A stretch of 63,093 bases of DNA, counting the filler, from Octopus bimaculoides (taxonomy: Eukaryota), in NCBI RefSeq assembly GCF_001194135.2. It is 8 parts of 7 records of this genome, joined end to end, with 100 filler letters (N's around TTAATTAATTAA, not from the genome) between each part and the next. Parts side by side here need not be neighbours in the genome. Positions count along the whole stretch, not along the records: positions 1 to 15,633 come from NC_068983.1; positions 15,734 to 27,200 come from NC_068998.1; 6 more parts are not named here. One strand, written 5' to 3'. Under the pieces are notes generated by a model that worked only from the letters and a program-made list of their open reading frames with translations, did no database searches and was not told the DNA's origin. The position numbers were made by a program, and so were the translations under genes. Shown here in pieces: positions 13,233 through 25,878 of the stretch (position 1 is its first letter; each line of letters opens with the position of its first letter).

Positions 13233-14149
13233 ATATCCCCGTTCAGATTTCAAACTCACCAGGGACAACTTTGCTTTTCTCCGTACTGGAGATGATAAAT
13301 TAATGGGTACGATATAGTTAATATTTCCACTTCTCCCACCTCATGAATTTCTAGACATGTGTGTAATTAGAGAGCAATATTGCAAATCAATGAAAGACGA
13401 TTAACTGGCTGAATCGTTAGAGTAGATCGTCGATAAAAGAGCGAGCGTGGAGTATTCATTTCGGTTATTTCTGTCCTGAGTTCTGATCCTGCACAAATCC
13501 ACTTTGCATTTGATCCTTACGGAGAAATTAACTCTTGTCGATGGCATCAACTGCTCCATCCCCTTAAAACCGTTGGCCTTAAACCTATTTCATAAGCTAT
13601 TATGACAAACCATTGACGTCTGCCTACTACACCTGTACTTAACTCATTTCCTATTTTTTTGCTTACATTTGTAACCTTTTCCAATTTAGTGTAATAAAAA
13701 AAATACATATATCAAGAAATAAACAACAAACTAGAAGCGCAGGATGTGATTTAAGGAAAGTTCCGTAGTGACTGCATTTTCTGTGGATTCACCTTCCACG
13801 TAGAAGTTTATAATTGTGGTTGCCGCTTATCACATGTTGCCTTCGTTCGATTTAATACATGTTTACCAGAGGTGACTAGCTCATTTTTTTTTTTTGCATA
13901 CCTGAGCTGAAGTTATGACTTGAGGGACATGTCGCTCATAATTCTAGTTGTGCGAGCTACTTCAAATGTAGCGCTTATTTTGGCCTCATGCAGAGACCCC
14001 GGTGAAGTTACTAGGCAACTAAACTACTGGTAAAGTTGCTACGCCATTGGATTACTAGTGGAATGTCCAAGCAGGTAGATCACGGGTAAAGTTGTTAGGC
14101 AACTAAGTTTGTGTAAGTCTAAGAAAACTGTTCTATTTCTCTACAATGA

Positions 14150-14305
14150 AATGCGAGCGTTGCCAAGCACGTGGTTTCGGGTTCATTGCCACTGCATTTT
14201 ATGCAAGTGCTTTCTTTTGCGTTTTTACTGTAACCCTGACCTGATGAATGCTTTCTATTTGAACTTGGTAGACGGAAATTGTACCATATCCCGTTATGTA
14301 TGTTT

Positions 14306-14354
<49 letters not shown>

Positions 14355-14750
14355 GTGTGTGTGTTGTGTGTGTGTGTGTGTGTTGTGTGTGTGTGTATGT
14401 GNNNNNNNNNNNNNNNNNNNNNNNNNNNNNNNNNNNNNNNNNNNNNNNNNNNNNNNNNNNNNNNNNNNNNNNNNNNNNNNNNNNNNNNNNNNNNNNNNNN
14501 NNNNNNNNNNNNNNNNNNNNNNNNNNNNNNTATATATAAAAGTGTGCATGCCTATGTATTTGCTTCCACACACAATTGGAAATTGTTTTGTACACGATCT
14601 CATAACTTGGTGCTTTGAGAAAAAGAACTGTTACAATAAGTTCCAGACTTTAAAACATAGGTGTTGGCATCGAATGTTTTTTAAATGAAACATCGAAGCA
14701 GTGCGCCATCATGGCCGCTGCCCAACGGCAGAAATAAGCAAATGAATACA
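14150..14750 (+). mobile_element. SINE family C, degenerate, with internal (GT)n and a gap
   Basis: Head cacgtggtttcgggttca, middle ttggtagacggaaa, (GT)n, then a tail with catcatggccgc. Confidence 0.6.
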
Positions 14751-15220
14751 TTTATTATTGAAGCGAGTGTGAAACCTGGCGTATACAGAATAATCCCAGT
14801 AATATGTGTAGGCGGGGTGTTTTTTTAATATATTTTACACAATAAATAATATATATGAATATTTAACGTGCTTGCTCACCTTCTGGCTAACACATCTTTT
14901 ACAAGATGTTTAAACAGGCTATAATGAAACCTTTCTTGTAGTGAGAATGAGGCAACATCACTGCTATCAGACGTTAACTACTGTAGTTGCTTGGCAACGT
15001 CATTAGTATGTTAAGATTTTCTTAGCTGAAACTCGCTCGTTCATCTCAGCAACTGTCTTAATTTTTCATACTTGAAAGACGTTGAGAAACTATTAGATTT
15101 AAAAAAGAGAGAGGGATTGGAGAGAAAATTGACTAAAATTGAAGAGAAAGGAAAATGCATTGCAGTGAGGGTTATAATTCACTTCAAATATTGTTCGATA
15201 TTTAATCAAATAATACCTTT

Positions 15221-15264
<44 letters not shown>

Positions 15265-15404
15265 CGCGTGTGTGCGTGTGCGTGTGCGTGTGTGTGTGTG
15301 CGTGTGTGTGTGTATTTGTGTGTGTATCTTTATCTTTCTCTTTCTTTCTGCCTTTCTCTTTCTTTCTGTCTGTTTCTCTCTCTCATTCTCTCTGTATATG
15401 CATG

Positions 15405-15633
15405 CATATATACTCTAGTCATATTACGTTTCTCAGTCGCTGCTTACATCACCGCCTCATCCCTAAGGGTTTCCGCCTCCATTTCCACCCCACTCTCCAC
15501 TCTTCTACCACCATTCTACCCATACTCCGCACCACATCCTACCGCCTTATGCGGGCCACCATTCGCTCCAATCTCTCTAAAATCCACACTATCGACCGCC
15601 TTCTTCCTCCAGCCTTTTCCATATTTTTCTGCT
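15405..15633 (+). mobile_element. Penelope-like element ORF N-terminus, truncated by gap
   Basis: Open frame HITFLSRCLHHRLIPKGFRLHFHP..SYRLMRATIR matches the H..FL..C....IPKG motif of PLE ORF N-termini. The segment is C-rich and stop-free. Confidence 0.6.
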
Positions 15634-15733
15634 NNNNNNNNNNNNNNNNNNNNNNNNNNNNNNNNNNNNNNNNNNNNTTAATTAATTAANNNNNNNNNNN
15701 NNNNNNNNNNNNNNNNNNNNNNNNNNNNNNNNN
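15634..15733. other. Artificial scaffold spacer 44N-TTAATTAATTAA-44N (also linkers at 27245, 49050, 52848, 56855, 60445, 61768)
   Basis: Seven identical 100-bp blocks. The palindromic linker has stop codons in all six frames. Confidence 0.95.
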
Positions 15734-15830
15734 ACTTCCACCCTTCCATCCTTCCATCCTTCCATCCTTCCGTTCTTTTCTTTTTTCTATCTTTCCTTTC
15801 ATTTTTCTATATTTCCTTTCTTTTTTCTTC

Positions 15831-15872
<42 letters not shown>

Positions 15873-16274
15873 AATTAAAGAATAAAACAATGAAATGCTA
15901 TATCACTCGGAGACCTCATCTGCATCAAAAAGGAACAACGTTTCAGTTATTAATGAGTAACGAAACAACCAGATTAAACTCCATATCTATTTAGCCACGT
16001 CAGTGAAATTCACCCAGGAGGATCTATTGTGGCAGCTATGCATATTTATCGAACGAAGTAGTAATTATTCTTCCATTATGCATGTAACTTCAACTGGTGC
16101 CGCTAATATCACCTTTGATGGTGTTACCGGAAGATTACGTGTAATAAGCAATACATGCGACATACACAGTTCATTTACATAAAGCTGCAACGTTGAGAAT
16201 ATTCGTGTCCCACGACACAATATTAATTGTCTAATCATTAAATAAGTAAATTAGTTTTCTGAAAGCTTCTGAGT

Positions 16275-16347
16275 ACCTTGACTCGACCAAAAGTTTGTGA
16301 GTGGATTTGATAGAAGGAAACTGGAAGAGGCCCAGTTAATATATATA

Positions 16348-16395
<48 letters not shown>

Positions 16396-16600
16396 TTTAA
16401 TTGTTTCAGTCATTATTTGATTACAGACATGCTACTACACTGTCTTGCAGGATTTTAGTCGAACAAATCGAACCCAGGATTTATCTCTTCAAACCCGGAT
16501 ACTTATCGGTCTTTTTCACCGAAACGCCAATGTTACGGGGGACATTAACACACCAACACCGTTTCTCAAGCGACAGTCGGGGGTGGGGGTGGGGGTGAAA
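16275..16600. mobile_element. Two SINE family C pieces in opposite orientation around (TA)n (16275-16345 +, 16395-16600 -)
   Basis: tgtgagtggatttgatagaaggaaactg on plus; ttgtttcagtcatt..gtcgaacaaatcgaacccagg..gttacggggga as the minus-strand tail. Confidence 0.7.
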
Positions 16601-17374
16601 ACACGGATACAAAGACCTTCACACATAGATATACATGCATACATGTACGAGAGTACATGAGAGTTGAGAGGATAACAGGAGAAAGACAGAGGTTGGCGGA
16701 GCTGCAGTTAAAACATGTCTTTAAATAGAATAAATAAATATTGACAGGGAACCCTGTCAATATTTATTTAATCTATTTGCATCCATTCGGCCAGTAGATG
16801 TTGGAATCGAATAGTATGAATTACTACTATTATTAATGAGAGTGGTGGTAGGTTTGGGGGGTGGACTCACATTTTTCTGTTTCAATAACGACAGAAAAAA
16901 ATATGTACACCATTGATTTTCACAATATCATTTGAAGCTTTGCTGTACTTTACAGTTTTCATAATAGTGCAGTTTGTAAATATGTCAGTTGCTTATCTTT
17001 TGTTTGTTATCAGTACTGGAAAGTGTTCTGAATTTCGAGTTCTGTAGGTGCTTCAATTTTTCTTGGGTATGAAGGGGGAACGTTTGCCTGTACGAACAGC
17101 TAGAAGATGTTAACGAATGATATATAGTTACAGAGAGTCGCTTATTTGAAGATGTTTAAGTTGAATCACCGGAGGCGTTGAAGTGTGTTTCAATGATAAA
17201 AAAAAGAGATGTTTGCATATTCAAATAAACAGGGAGAAAATTTAAATATTCACACAAAATTGTAGATATTCAAGTTTATAAAGATATTTATGATAATATC
17301 AACAACAACAGCAGCAGCAACAACAACAACAGCAAAAATAATAATAATTTCAAATTTTGCCATAAGGGAAGCCG

Positions 17375-17790
17375 TTTTGGAGGTGAGGTTGTGTCGATTA
17401 CATCGACCCAGTCTTCATCTAGTACTTAATTTATCGACCCCGAAAAGATGAAAGGTAAAGTCGACCTCGGCGGAATTTGAACTCAGAACATAGCGGTGTG
17501 CTAGCGATTCTGTGAACTCGCTTATTTATTACTATTATCATCGTCGTCGTCGTCGTTGCCGTTGTTGTTGTTTTGTTGTCATCATTATTAAGCCAGCGAG
17601 CTATGAGAATCGAGAGCGCGTAGAACAAAATGCACAACAGTATTTGTTCTAGATGTTTACGAAATGCTGCCGAGGTATACTTTGCTCTTTATCCTTTCGG
17701 AGTTGACAAAATTACGTTCCAGTCAGGTGTAGGAGTCGATGTAACCAAGTAGAGCTCTCCTCCATATTTTAGGTCTTGTGTCTCATTATT
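17375..17790. mobile_element. Divergent pair of SINE family A copies (17375-17512 -, 17592-17790 +)
   Basis: Both carry the core and B-box. They are separated by a (GTC/GTT) microsatellite. Confidence 0.75.
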
Positions 17791-17933
17791 ATTCAATGTA
17801 AGTCCTCATCGGCTCTTTTAAGTTCTATTTGGAAAGAAAAGTAAAGAAAGGAGAGGGAACGGCTCAATCTCCCAGTGAATTTGTGAAAAGGTGGGTGACT
17901 GTGTCAAAAATGGTTAAGGTGAATGGACATACT

Positions 17934-18012
17934 CTAAGCACGCGCCTGAAAATGGGGGAGGAGCAGTTGGACTAAGCATGCGCCTGAAAATGTGGGGGGA
18001 GCAGTTGGACTA
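17934..18012 (+). repeat. 38-bp tandem duplication
   Basis: ctaagca(c/t)gcgcctgaaaatg..gg.gagcagttggacta occurs twice. Confidence 0.9.
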
Positions 18013-18144
18013 GGGATGCTACTTTTCGGGGTCAGGTTAATGCTGGATCTGTGTAGTTCCTTGATTACTCCTTTGTAGAAGCTCTTATGTATCAGGAAGA
18101 CTGAACCATTCCTTTCATCACATACTTTGTATACTATCATGTCT

Positions 18145-18373
18145 GGTAATTTCACCGTCATCAATTCGCTGCAGGGAAGATTGACCGTCATCAAATCACC
18201 ATTTTGTTTTGTCAATAAAATAGTTTTTAATTATTAATGGTGAGATACTATGGATATATTTTCACAGTAAGCTTTCCTCGTACTGAACTTCCTTACGGTG
18301 AACTCCCCTTCCTTCACGGTGAAGTGATAGCGTTGACCTTTTCCCGCAGTGAATTGATGGTGGTGAGCTTACC
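18145..18373. mobile_element. MITE-like element with ~40-bp imperfect terminal inverted repeats
   Basis: ggtaatttcaccgtcatcaattcgctgcaggga versus the reverse complement of ttcccgcagtgaattgatggtggtgagcttacc. Internal sub-repeats (c)acggtgaa. No clear TSD. Confidence 0.55.
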
Positions 18374-19145
18374 TGTAAGTATACAATGTCTGCTTTTATC
18401 TCATTTCAGCACCTTTTCCGTTTCTTTGCCCTCATCTTTAAATAAGCCTCCACACAAATTTTAAAATGTTCTTGTACTGTCCGCTATCATCTGTGCCCCT
18501 CTGGCAAATAAAAAAATCCTCCTCCTCCTCCTCCTCATCATCATCATCATCATTTTAGTTATCGTTATTGTTGTTGTTGTTATTATCTGTGTCGGCATAG
18601 AGAAGCAGCATTTGTAATTTTAACGAGCTTAAATAAAGGGAAAATATGAGCATTTCCTTTGAAGTCTGTGCGCCAAAAAAAGTACCAATGGCGTATCTGG
18701 TTATCTTCTCCAATACATGAAGTGATTCACAGACTTTTCAAGCATTAATTTTTGCATTTACATCCAACCTTAATAATATGACTGCTATTCGGGATCGGAA
18801 AATAATGTTCACACACAAAAAATATTAGTGAAATTTAACAGCAGAGAAAATAAACAAGATTCCTCTTTATAGAAAAAAATGGCAAGTTAATGAGACAACA
18901 AAATGTTAACGCTTTACAAGGAGAAAAACATAATTTATTGGCAGAAAACACAAGTGTTAAAGTCGACATTAGTAACAAGATTAATACACAGCAACTAGAC
19001 CAACGAACATAGCAATAAATCGCGTACAGGAACTTTTCTTTTTCCCAGCAGCAAATAACTCATCCACATTTATTCTCCAAGTGAAAGGGTGGATGATAGT
19101 TTCGAATTCTGAAAGAGAGAAAACCTTATTTGTTTATTTACAGAA

Positions 19146-19279
19146 TTTACATTTGACGGATATTTGTCATCATCTTGTTTGTTGTTAACACACCGTTTCG
19201 GCTGATATACCCTCCAGCCTAAATCAGGTGTCTTGGAGAAATTTCGAACATCGGTTCTCATTCCTAAGGTATTTTTCAA

Positions 19280-19283
<4 letters not shown>
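19146..19283 (-). mobile_element. Headless copy of the hammerhead-tail module (family H1)
   Basis: Reverse complement aligns with 19466-19600 and 50850-50975. Confidence 0.85.
19187..19233 (-). ncRNA. Degenerate type I hammerhead motif (H1)
   Basis: AGACAC-CTGATTT-A-GGCTG[gagggtatat]CAGCC-GAAAC-GGT-GTGTT. Stems I and II are intact; the core is mutated. Confidence 0.6.
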
Positions 19284-19361
<78 letters not shown>

Positions 19362-19399
19362 NNNNNNNNNNNNNNNNNNNNNNNNNNNNNNNNNNNNNN

Positions 19400-19461
<62 letters not shown>

Positions 19462-19465
19462 CAAC

Positions 19466-19640
19466 AACATCGAAAAATACCTTAGGAATGAGAAGCCAGG
19501 TTCAAAATTTCCCGAAGACACCCGATGAAGGCTGGAAGGTATATCAGCCGAAACGTTGCGTTAACAACAAACAAGATGAGGACAAATATATATCAAATGT
19601 AAATAATGTGCATAATTTCTCATCTCTTAAATATAGAACT
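19466..19640 (+). mobile_element. Headless copy of the hammerhead-tail module (family H1)
   Basis: (AAT)n-acatcgaaaaataccttaggaatgagaa...catctcttaaatatagaact, homologous to 50850-51008. Confidence 0.85.
19516..19562 (+). ncRNA. Type I hammerhead motif with U4C (H1)
   Basis: AGACAC-CCGATGA-A-GGCTG[gaaggtatat]CAGCC-GAAAC-GTT-GCGTT. Confidence 0.65.
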
Positions 19641-19954
19641 GTACTTATCTGTTTGTTTGGCTTTCATTGGCATGTAGAATCTGGTGGAGTCTGCCTGGTA
19701 AAGCTACATGATAAAAATAGCGCATTAATACCCCAGTCCCTTATCGAATTGCGAGAAAAATATAACTTTATCTTTGTATTTCATAAACACAGGGTCTTTT
19801 CTTATTCCATACAAAAAAGCAATTGTAAACATCTCCTGGCCAGTAGGTATACTAACCTTATCCGTTAGTCGAAGTAGAGACCATTGGACCGTATGTGTTA
19901 TATATAATAAATGGTGGGTGGGACAGATAGCCAAACACTCCTGTTCATAATTTC

Positions 19955-20290
19955 GTGCCGCAATACATGGGATATAAGATAATGCAATACAAGGGTGAAA
20001 GACTAGTTCTATACAAGGTCTATGGAGCGCTACACCACAAAAGTTATGGGGCTCTGAACGCAAAAGGTATAGAGCAGGGGCTCACATGTGATACAAGGAT
20101 TATGGGGTATTTGAAAACAAGGCTTATGTGAGACTACAGAATAAGGATTATGGGGTAGGACTACTAGAGGATTATGAGACTGTGCAACTTAAGGTTTACG
20201 AAGCAGTGTTCCAAAAAAGGTATGAGAAGTACGATGCAAGGGTTATTGAGCGGTGAAGTGCAAGTCTTATGGATTAGTGCAATACAAGAG
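19955..20290 (+). repeat. Degenerate 24-bp-period minisatellite (~13 units; consensus about gtgcaatacaaggattatggggca)
   Basis: aag.ttatg-like motif recurring at roughly 24-bp spacing. Confidence 0.75.
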
Positions 20291-21042
20291 ACAACAAGAA
20301 ATATCAATAAAGTAGTTGCGACTTGGCTTGTCGCCACTTTTGTGGCATATTACAAGTAACTAATCAGCATCGAAAAAAAAACAAACAAAAGTGCCATGTG
20401 GTCGTTTGGATATACATAATTTCTGAACAACATGGAACGATTCCAGAGTAGCATACCACTGTACGTGTAGAAAGAAAATGCTACGAATTTAGTAGTGCAA
20501 AGCGGAAGCTCGAGGTGCTGCCCTTATGGAACGAATACCCATTTGTGGGCGTTGATTGGATGAACTATAAAGGGAGGGGTAGAGAAAGAAAGAAAGAGAG
20601 AGATAGAAACACTGCTGTAAGAATAATAACTTGTAGATAGTTAAAGTCACACGAACTCGGACACAAATAGAGCAGTCTCAACTAATTGACATAAATGTGC
20701 AAGCGTTGCCAACGTAAATAAATTAAGAAACAAACAATACCATCTTAGGATGAAATGTGGACATTATGGAAGATCTTCTCTCATAATAGTCGATAAATTA
20801 TTTCCTCGGACTATTCTCGAAAGATTCACTGACGATTATATCCTAAAGAACAATAGAAGATGGTTTGTTTCTGAACTGTAAATACGATAAATCTTGGTTT
20901 TCTGTCTCCAGCAAACTCTGGAGTGTTGCCTGGAGCGAGATAATTTCATGTAAGTGATATTTGATGATGCTACAAACGAACGCGTTACGGCAGGTAGATT
21001 GAGCCAAACGAAAATTACTGGTCAGCACCTACACGCACACAC

Positions 21043-21110
<68 letters not shown>

Positions 21111-21594
21111 AAAAGTATATAGCACTCAAATTTATTAAATGTATCTCATTTCAACCAAAACTTTGGAATCTGTGTGTATGTTTTGATTTCCATGTACATT
21201 CATACATATGTACGTATATGTATGCTCACCTAGACGCAGCCATACACGCACACACATACAATAGAAATAATGGTAATTGAAAACGCACATGGAGTGTATG
21301 ACGAGATTTAATTATATTAATACATGTAACCGTTTTCACATGTGTTCGATTTAAAAGGGGTGATTTCGAAGATGTGGAGTGATGTCGAAAAATGTACCGG
21401 TTGATGCAATTTGCGACACAGCCTCACTTTCCTGAAATTTTGCACTTTTGAAAATCACACAAATCTGAAACTGGTTAAATATATTAACATTAATATGAAT
21501 AAAGTATTTTACACAACTTCTGTGGAATTTTCTTGTGCATTTGCTGAAGTGCTAAGTTATGGGCGCGCACACCCACACCTACATATATATATAC

Positions 21595-21752
21595 CACGGG
21601 CTTCTTTCAATTCCTGTGTACCAAATTCACTCACAAGGCCCCGGTCTGTCCGTGGCTATAGTAGAAAACACTTGCCCAAGGTGGCAAGCGGTAGGACTGA
21701 ATCCAGAATAATATAATTGGGAGGCAAACTTCTTACCGCACCACCACGCCTG
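21595..21752 (-). mobile_element. SINE family C (CORE-like) 5' half
   Basis: cacgggcttctttcaattcc..ccaaattcactcacaagg..ctatagtagaaaacacttgcccaaggtg; the ccttgggcaagtg motif resembles the CORE domain. Confidence 0.8.
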
Positions 21753-21807
21753 TTTGCTTAAATATTAAAAAAGACTTTAGGAGCCAAGCTGTAATATTAA
21801 TTTCAGA

Positions 21808-22138
21808 TTTTGACACAGGGCCAGCAATTTCGGGGGAGTGGTTGACTCCAGTGATCAACTGGAAATATTTCATCGGACGCCAAAGTATGAAAGACAAAGT
21901 CGACTTCGGCGGAATATTAATAATAGTCATTTTTACTATAGACATTAAGCTTCGAAATTAAGGTGAGGGGCCTGGTCGATTACATCTGCCCCAGCACTCA
22001 ACTGGTACTTATTTTATCGATCTCGAAAGTAGGAAAGGCAAAGTCGACTTCAGCGGAATTTGAACTCAGAAGATAAGGCCGGACAAAATGCCGCTAAGCT
22101 TTTTGTCTGCCGTGCTAATGGTTGTTCTAGGTCGCCAC
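21808..22138 (-). mobile_element. Two tandem SINE family A copies (21808-21917 partial, 21955-22138)
   Basis: caaagtcgacttc(g/a)gcggaat occurs in both; tail type 2 on the first. Confidence 0.8.
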
Positions 22139-22614
22139 ATTTAGGCGGGTCGTGATATTCAAACGAGTACTGTGATGGACTCTTCGAGAATAAAAAATCT
22201 GAAAGAGGGGAATCTACGCCAAATATAACGGGGCTATATTAGGAGAATAATGGTAACTGTGAGTGCTTGCGTGTATGCATGTGAATGTGTATTTTTACTT
22301 CTGTGTGTACGTATGTGTGTGTGTCTATGTGTATGTGTGTATAATGTAATAAAAACTAAACGTTGCAGCTTTAAAACAAGCAAATAATATATACAACAGA
22401 AGCAGCAGTATCACTATAATGACCAGCTAATAATGTAAATAATTCATTTACTTAATCATGTTATTAAGACAAACATTGGAATTAACGTCTCTGACATCAG
22501 TTATATCATCTTTTATTGATCGGACAGTTTATGTGAATTATAAATCTTCGCAAGATTACGTATTGCACACTAGACCTCTTAATACGAATTGAACAGAATA
22601 TATATACATAGATA

Positions 22615-22674
<60 letters not shown>

Positions 22675-22743
22675 NNNNNNNNNNNNNNNNNNNNNNNNNN
22701 NNNNNNNNNNNNNNNNNNNNNNNNNNNNNNNNNNNNNNNNNNN

Positions 22744-22775
<32 letters not shown>

Positions 22776-23312
22776 GCACACATATATATATATATACATA
22801 ATTACATCTATATCAGCAGAAGTGAAGAAGTCACTTTATACATATTCAAATAACATAACATCATTCGCTGTATTGTATATACCATAAGTATACTGTGTTT
22901 CTAGTGTTCACAAATGCACAAATGTATACTTGCAAATATCCTTCTTAAGTTGGCGGCAGAACACTTCACAAGACGAAGTAAGATGAATTTACACTGATGT
23001 CTAATGTGGACAATGATATAGTAAATTTTCTTAAACTGCTGAACCAAAATTTATATACTTTCTCTCTATTTGTAAAATTTATATACTTTCTCTCTTAATA
23101 ATGCAGTATTCTACACTCAGATTTTAACAATAAATATACAGAATACTCAACTCACAGATTCAAAATGATTTACAGAGTGTTCAGCTCTCAGAGATAAAAA
23201 TATATTTACAAATAAAGCGCTCTTCACTCAGAGATTAGCAATTAATGTACTCATGTAAGTCATATACTGCAGATCAAATATCTCAGAATATAATGTGATA
23301 TTATATTATGCC

Positions 23313-23512
23313 AAGGCGACGAGCTATCAGAATCGTTATAGCGTCGGGCAAATACTTGGCAGCATTTCGTCCGTCTTTAGATTCTGATTTGAAATCCTGG
23401 CGAGGCTGATTTAACCTTTCATTATTTCGAGATCGATAAAATAAGTATCAGTTAAGCACTTGGATCGATGTCACTGATATACCACATCCTCCTTGTGCCA
23501 AAACTTGAAACC
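23313..23512 (+). mobile_element. SINE family A, tail type 3
   Basis: aggcgacgagctatcagaatcgtt..cctttcattatttcgagatcgataaaataagtatcag..ccttgtgccaaaacttgaaa. Confidence 0.8.
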
Positions 23513-24342
23513 AATATTACATGATTTTCATTTTTTCTCACTTCATGCAATCTTTAATATTATAGTAATTTGCACTCAAAGACAATTTCTCTTCCAAAAC
23601 AATTACTGCAGCGAAGGTCTTTCCATGTTTGCGAGTACACGAGTGTGTTAAATACAAATGCACGGATCTTAATTATAATCATCGTTGTTTAGTTTGCCTT
23701 TAAGAAATTAATTCTAGCTTATTAATGCTTTGCAGACTCCAGCTAAATTAGCAATTGTTTGTATATTTAAAAAAATACTTGTGAGTGGGTTATGAACGAT
23801 GAATTCAATGTCTGTAACTGATGAAATATAACGACGCAGAATTACCTACCTCTGTTCGATGATTTCGATCATAGTCCAGCTTGGTGTATTGTCATAACAA
23901 TGTGTATAAGCTGAATAGTTACCCCAGAAATCATTTTTCCAAGTTCGAGTGTGCTCAACAATATTAAATATAAATGTACGCAGCTTTATAATAAACACAT
24001 AATTTTACGTCACAATACAGAAGAGCATAAATACATTGAAATGTAATGCAAATAAACCGTTATCAATTATAACCAGGATCTGTTCATCGTCTTACAGCTC
24101 ATTATTAGAGGTTTATGCGAAGAACGAAGTCTGTTATGTATTTGAACTACACCTATAATGATGCTATGATGCAATTAGATTTTCCTGTAGCTGGAAGTGC
24201 TAGGTCATTTCTAGGGTAAAAATTCTTGCTGATCTTGATTTCTAACCGTTGTAAAGTTAATATGAATCATATGGCTATCATCTATTCTGCGTCCTGTTCT
24301 CTTTTCTATTTCTTTAGATATGTGTATATGTAATATATGTAT

Positions 24343-24344
<2 letters not shown>

Positions 24345-24405
<61 letters not shown>

Positions 24406-24870
24406 CATATGTATATATATGCATATATATACATATTATACATACATATATATATATATGTATATATATATACATATATACATATATACATATATACATA
24501 CATATATATATATATGTGTGTGTGTTTATATATACATACATATATATATGTATATATATATATACATACACATATATGTATGTATATACAGACATATAAA
24601 TATATATGTATATACATATACATATATATATATGTATATATATATACATATATATATCTGTATATATGTATATACATACATATATATATACATACATATG
24701 TGTGTATATATATACATAGATACATATATATACATAGATACATATGTATTATATATATACACATATATATGTATATATATATATATATACATATATATGT
24801 ATGTCTATATATATAAACATACATATATATATATATATGTATATGTAAACATACATACATATATATATAT
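24345..24870. repeat. Long compound (CA)n/(TA)n microsatellite, representative of dozens of CA/TA/GA/TATG/GATA tracts in the window
   Basis: Direct reading. Confidence 0.95.
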
Positions 24871-25661
24871 GTATAAATCTACTTTGGAGAGGTTAGTTAA
24901 CTACATACTAGGATATTATTTTAACTTGATTTAGCTTTAACTACATACCAGGATATTATAAATTTGTTTAGCTTTAATTTCATATAACCTTTTCATATAT
25001 GTACAATGGTAAGTTTGGTTCCTACTTTATTGATGTTTCTCTTATAATTCTGTGTAATTTTTGTATAGATGACATCGAAATTATGGTTGACTGCTTGCTC
25101 GTTTTAATCCCTTCATTTATTTAATCTTACTACTAAGTGTTAACGTAATGTATATCTAAGGTTTCGATGGTTGCTATTTGAGTGTAACCTAATTTATTTT
25201 TACTTTGTAATTTATAATTTATAATTTCTTAATTATCTTGATTACATATCCTTTATTTGTCTCCAAAATATTTTAATTTAAAAATCAATATTGGATTAAT
25301 CACATTGACTGATTTTTTTAGATTCTAAAAAAATATATATTATTTAGCTAGATTTACTTCTCTTTGACCATGAAATCTTTTTTTATGTTAACTTTATTTC
25401 TGTTATAGTCTATTACAGATAATTTTTTTTAAAGTGAGTTGGCTTTTTTCTCAAGTATCAGATGACTTATTTGATATAATGGCGTCGTATTCATCTACCT
25501 ACTTTACATCATAATAGTTACTAAAAGAATTCTTCAAATCTATTCCATAGTCATTCAAACGTGCGTGCTCATCCGTTCATGCACGTGCAGAATACATACA
25601 TCCATATTAGGAAGTATTCATTTATATATAGAGTATATTTATTCAGCTTTAATTATACATG

Positions 25662-25694
<33 letters not shown>

Positions 25695-25797
25695 AGACAC
25701 ATATACAGTGAGTGAAAATAATTGGGTATATGTGCGTGTGTGTATGTGTATGTATATATAAATATAAATAGATATGTATATAAGTATATAAATATAT

Positions 25798-25878
<81 letters not shown>

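Noticed and set aside
14001-14107. Two 21-bp direct repeats (gt.aagtt..taggcaactaa) 84 bp apart, superficially repeat-spacer-like
   Set aside because: Only two imperfect copies, in a eukaryotic context with no cas genes; not CRISPR.
14240-14285. CTGATGA...GGAAA
   Set aside because: It lies within a degenerate family C SINE and stems I and III do not form.
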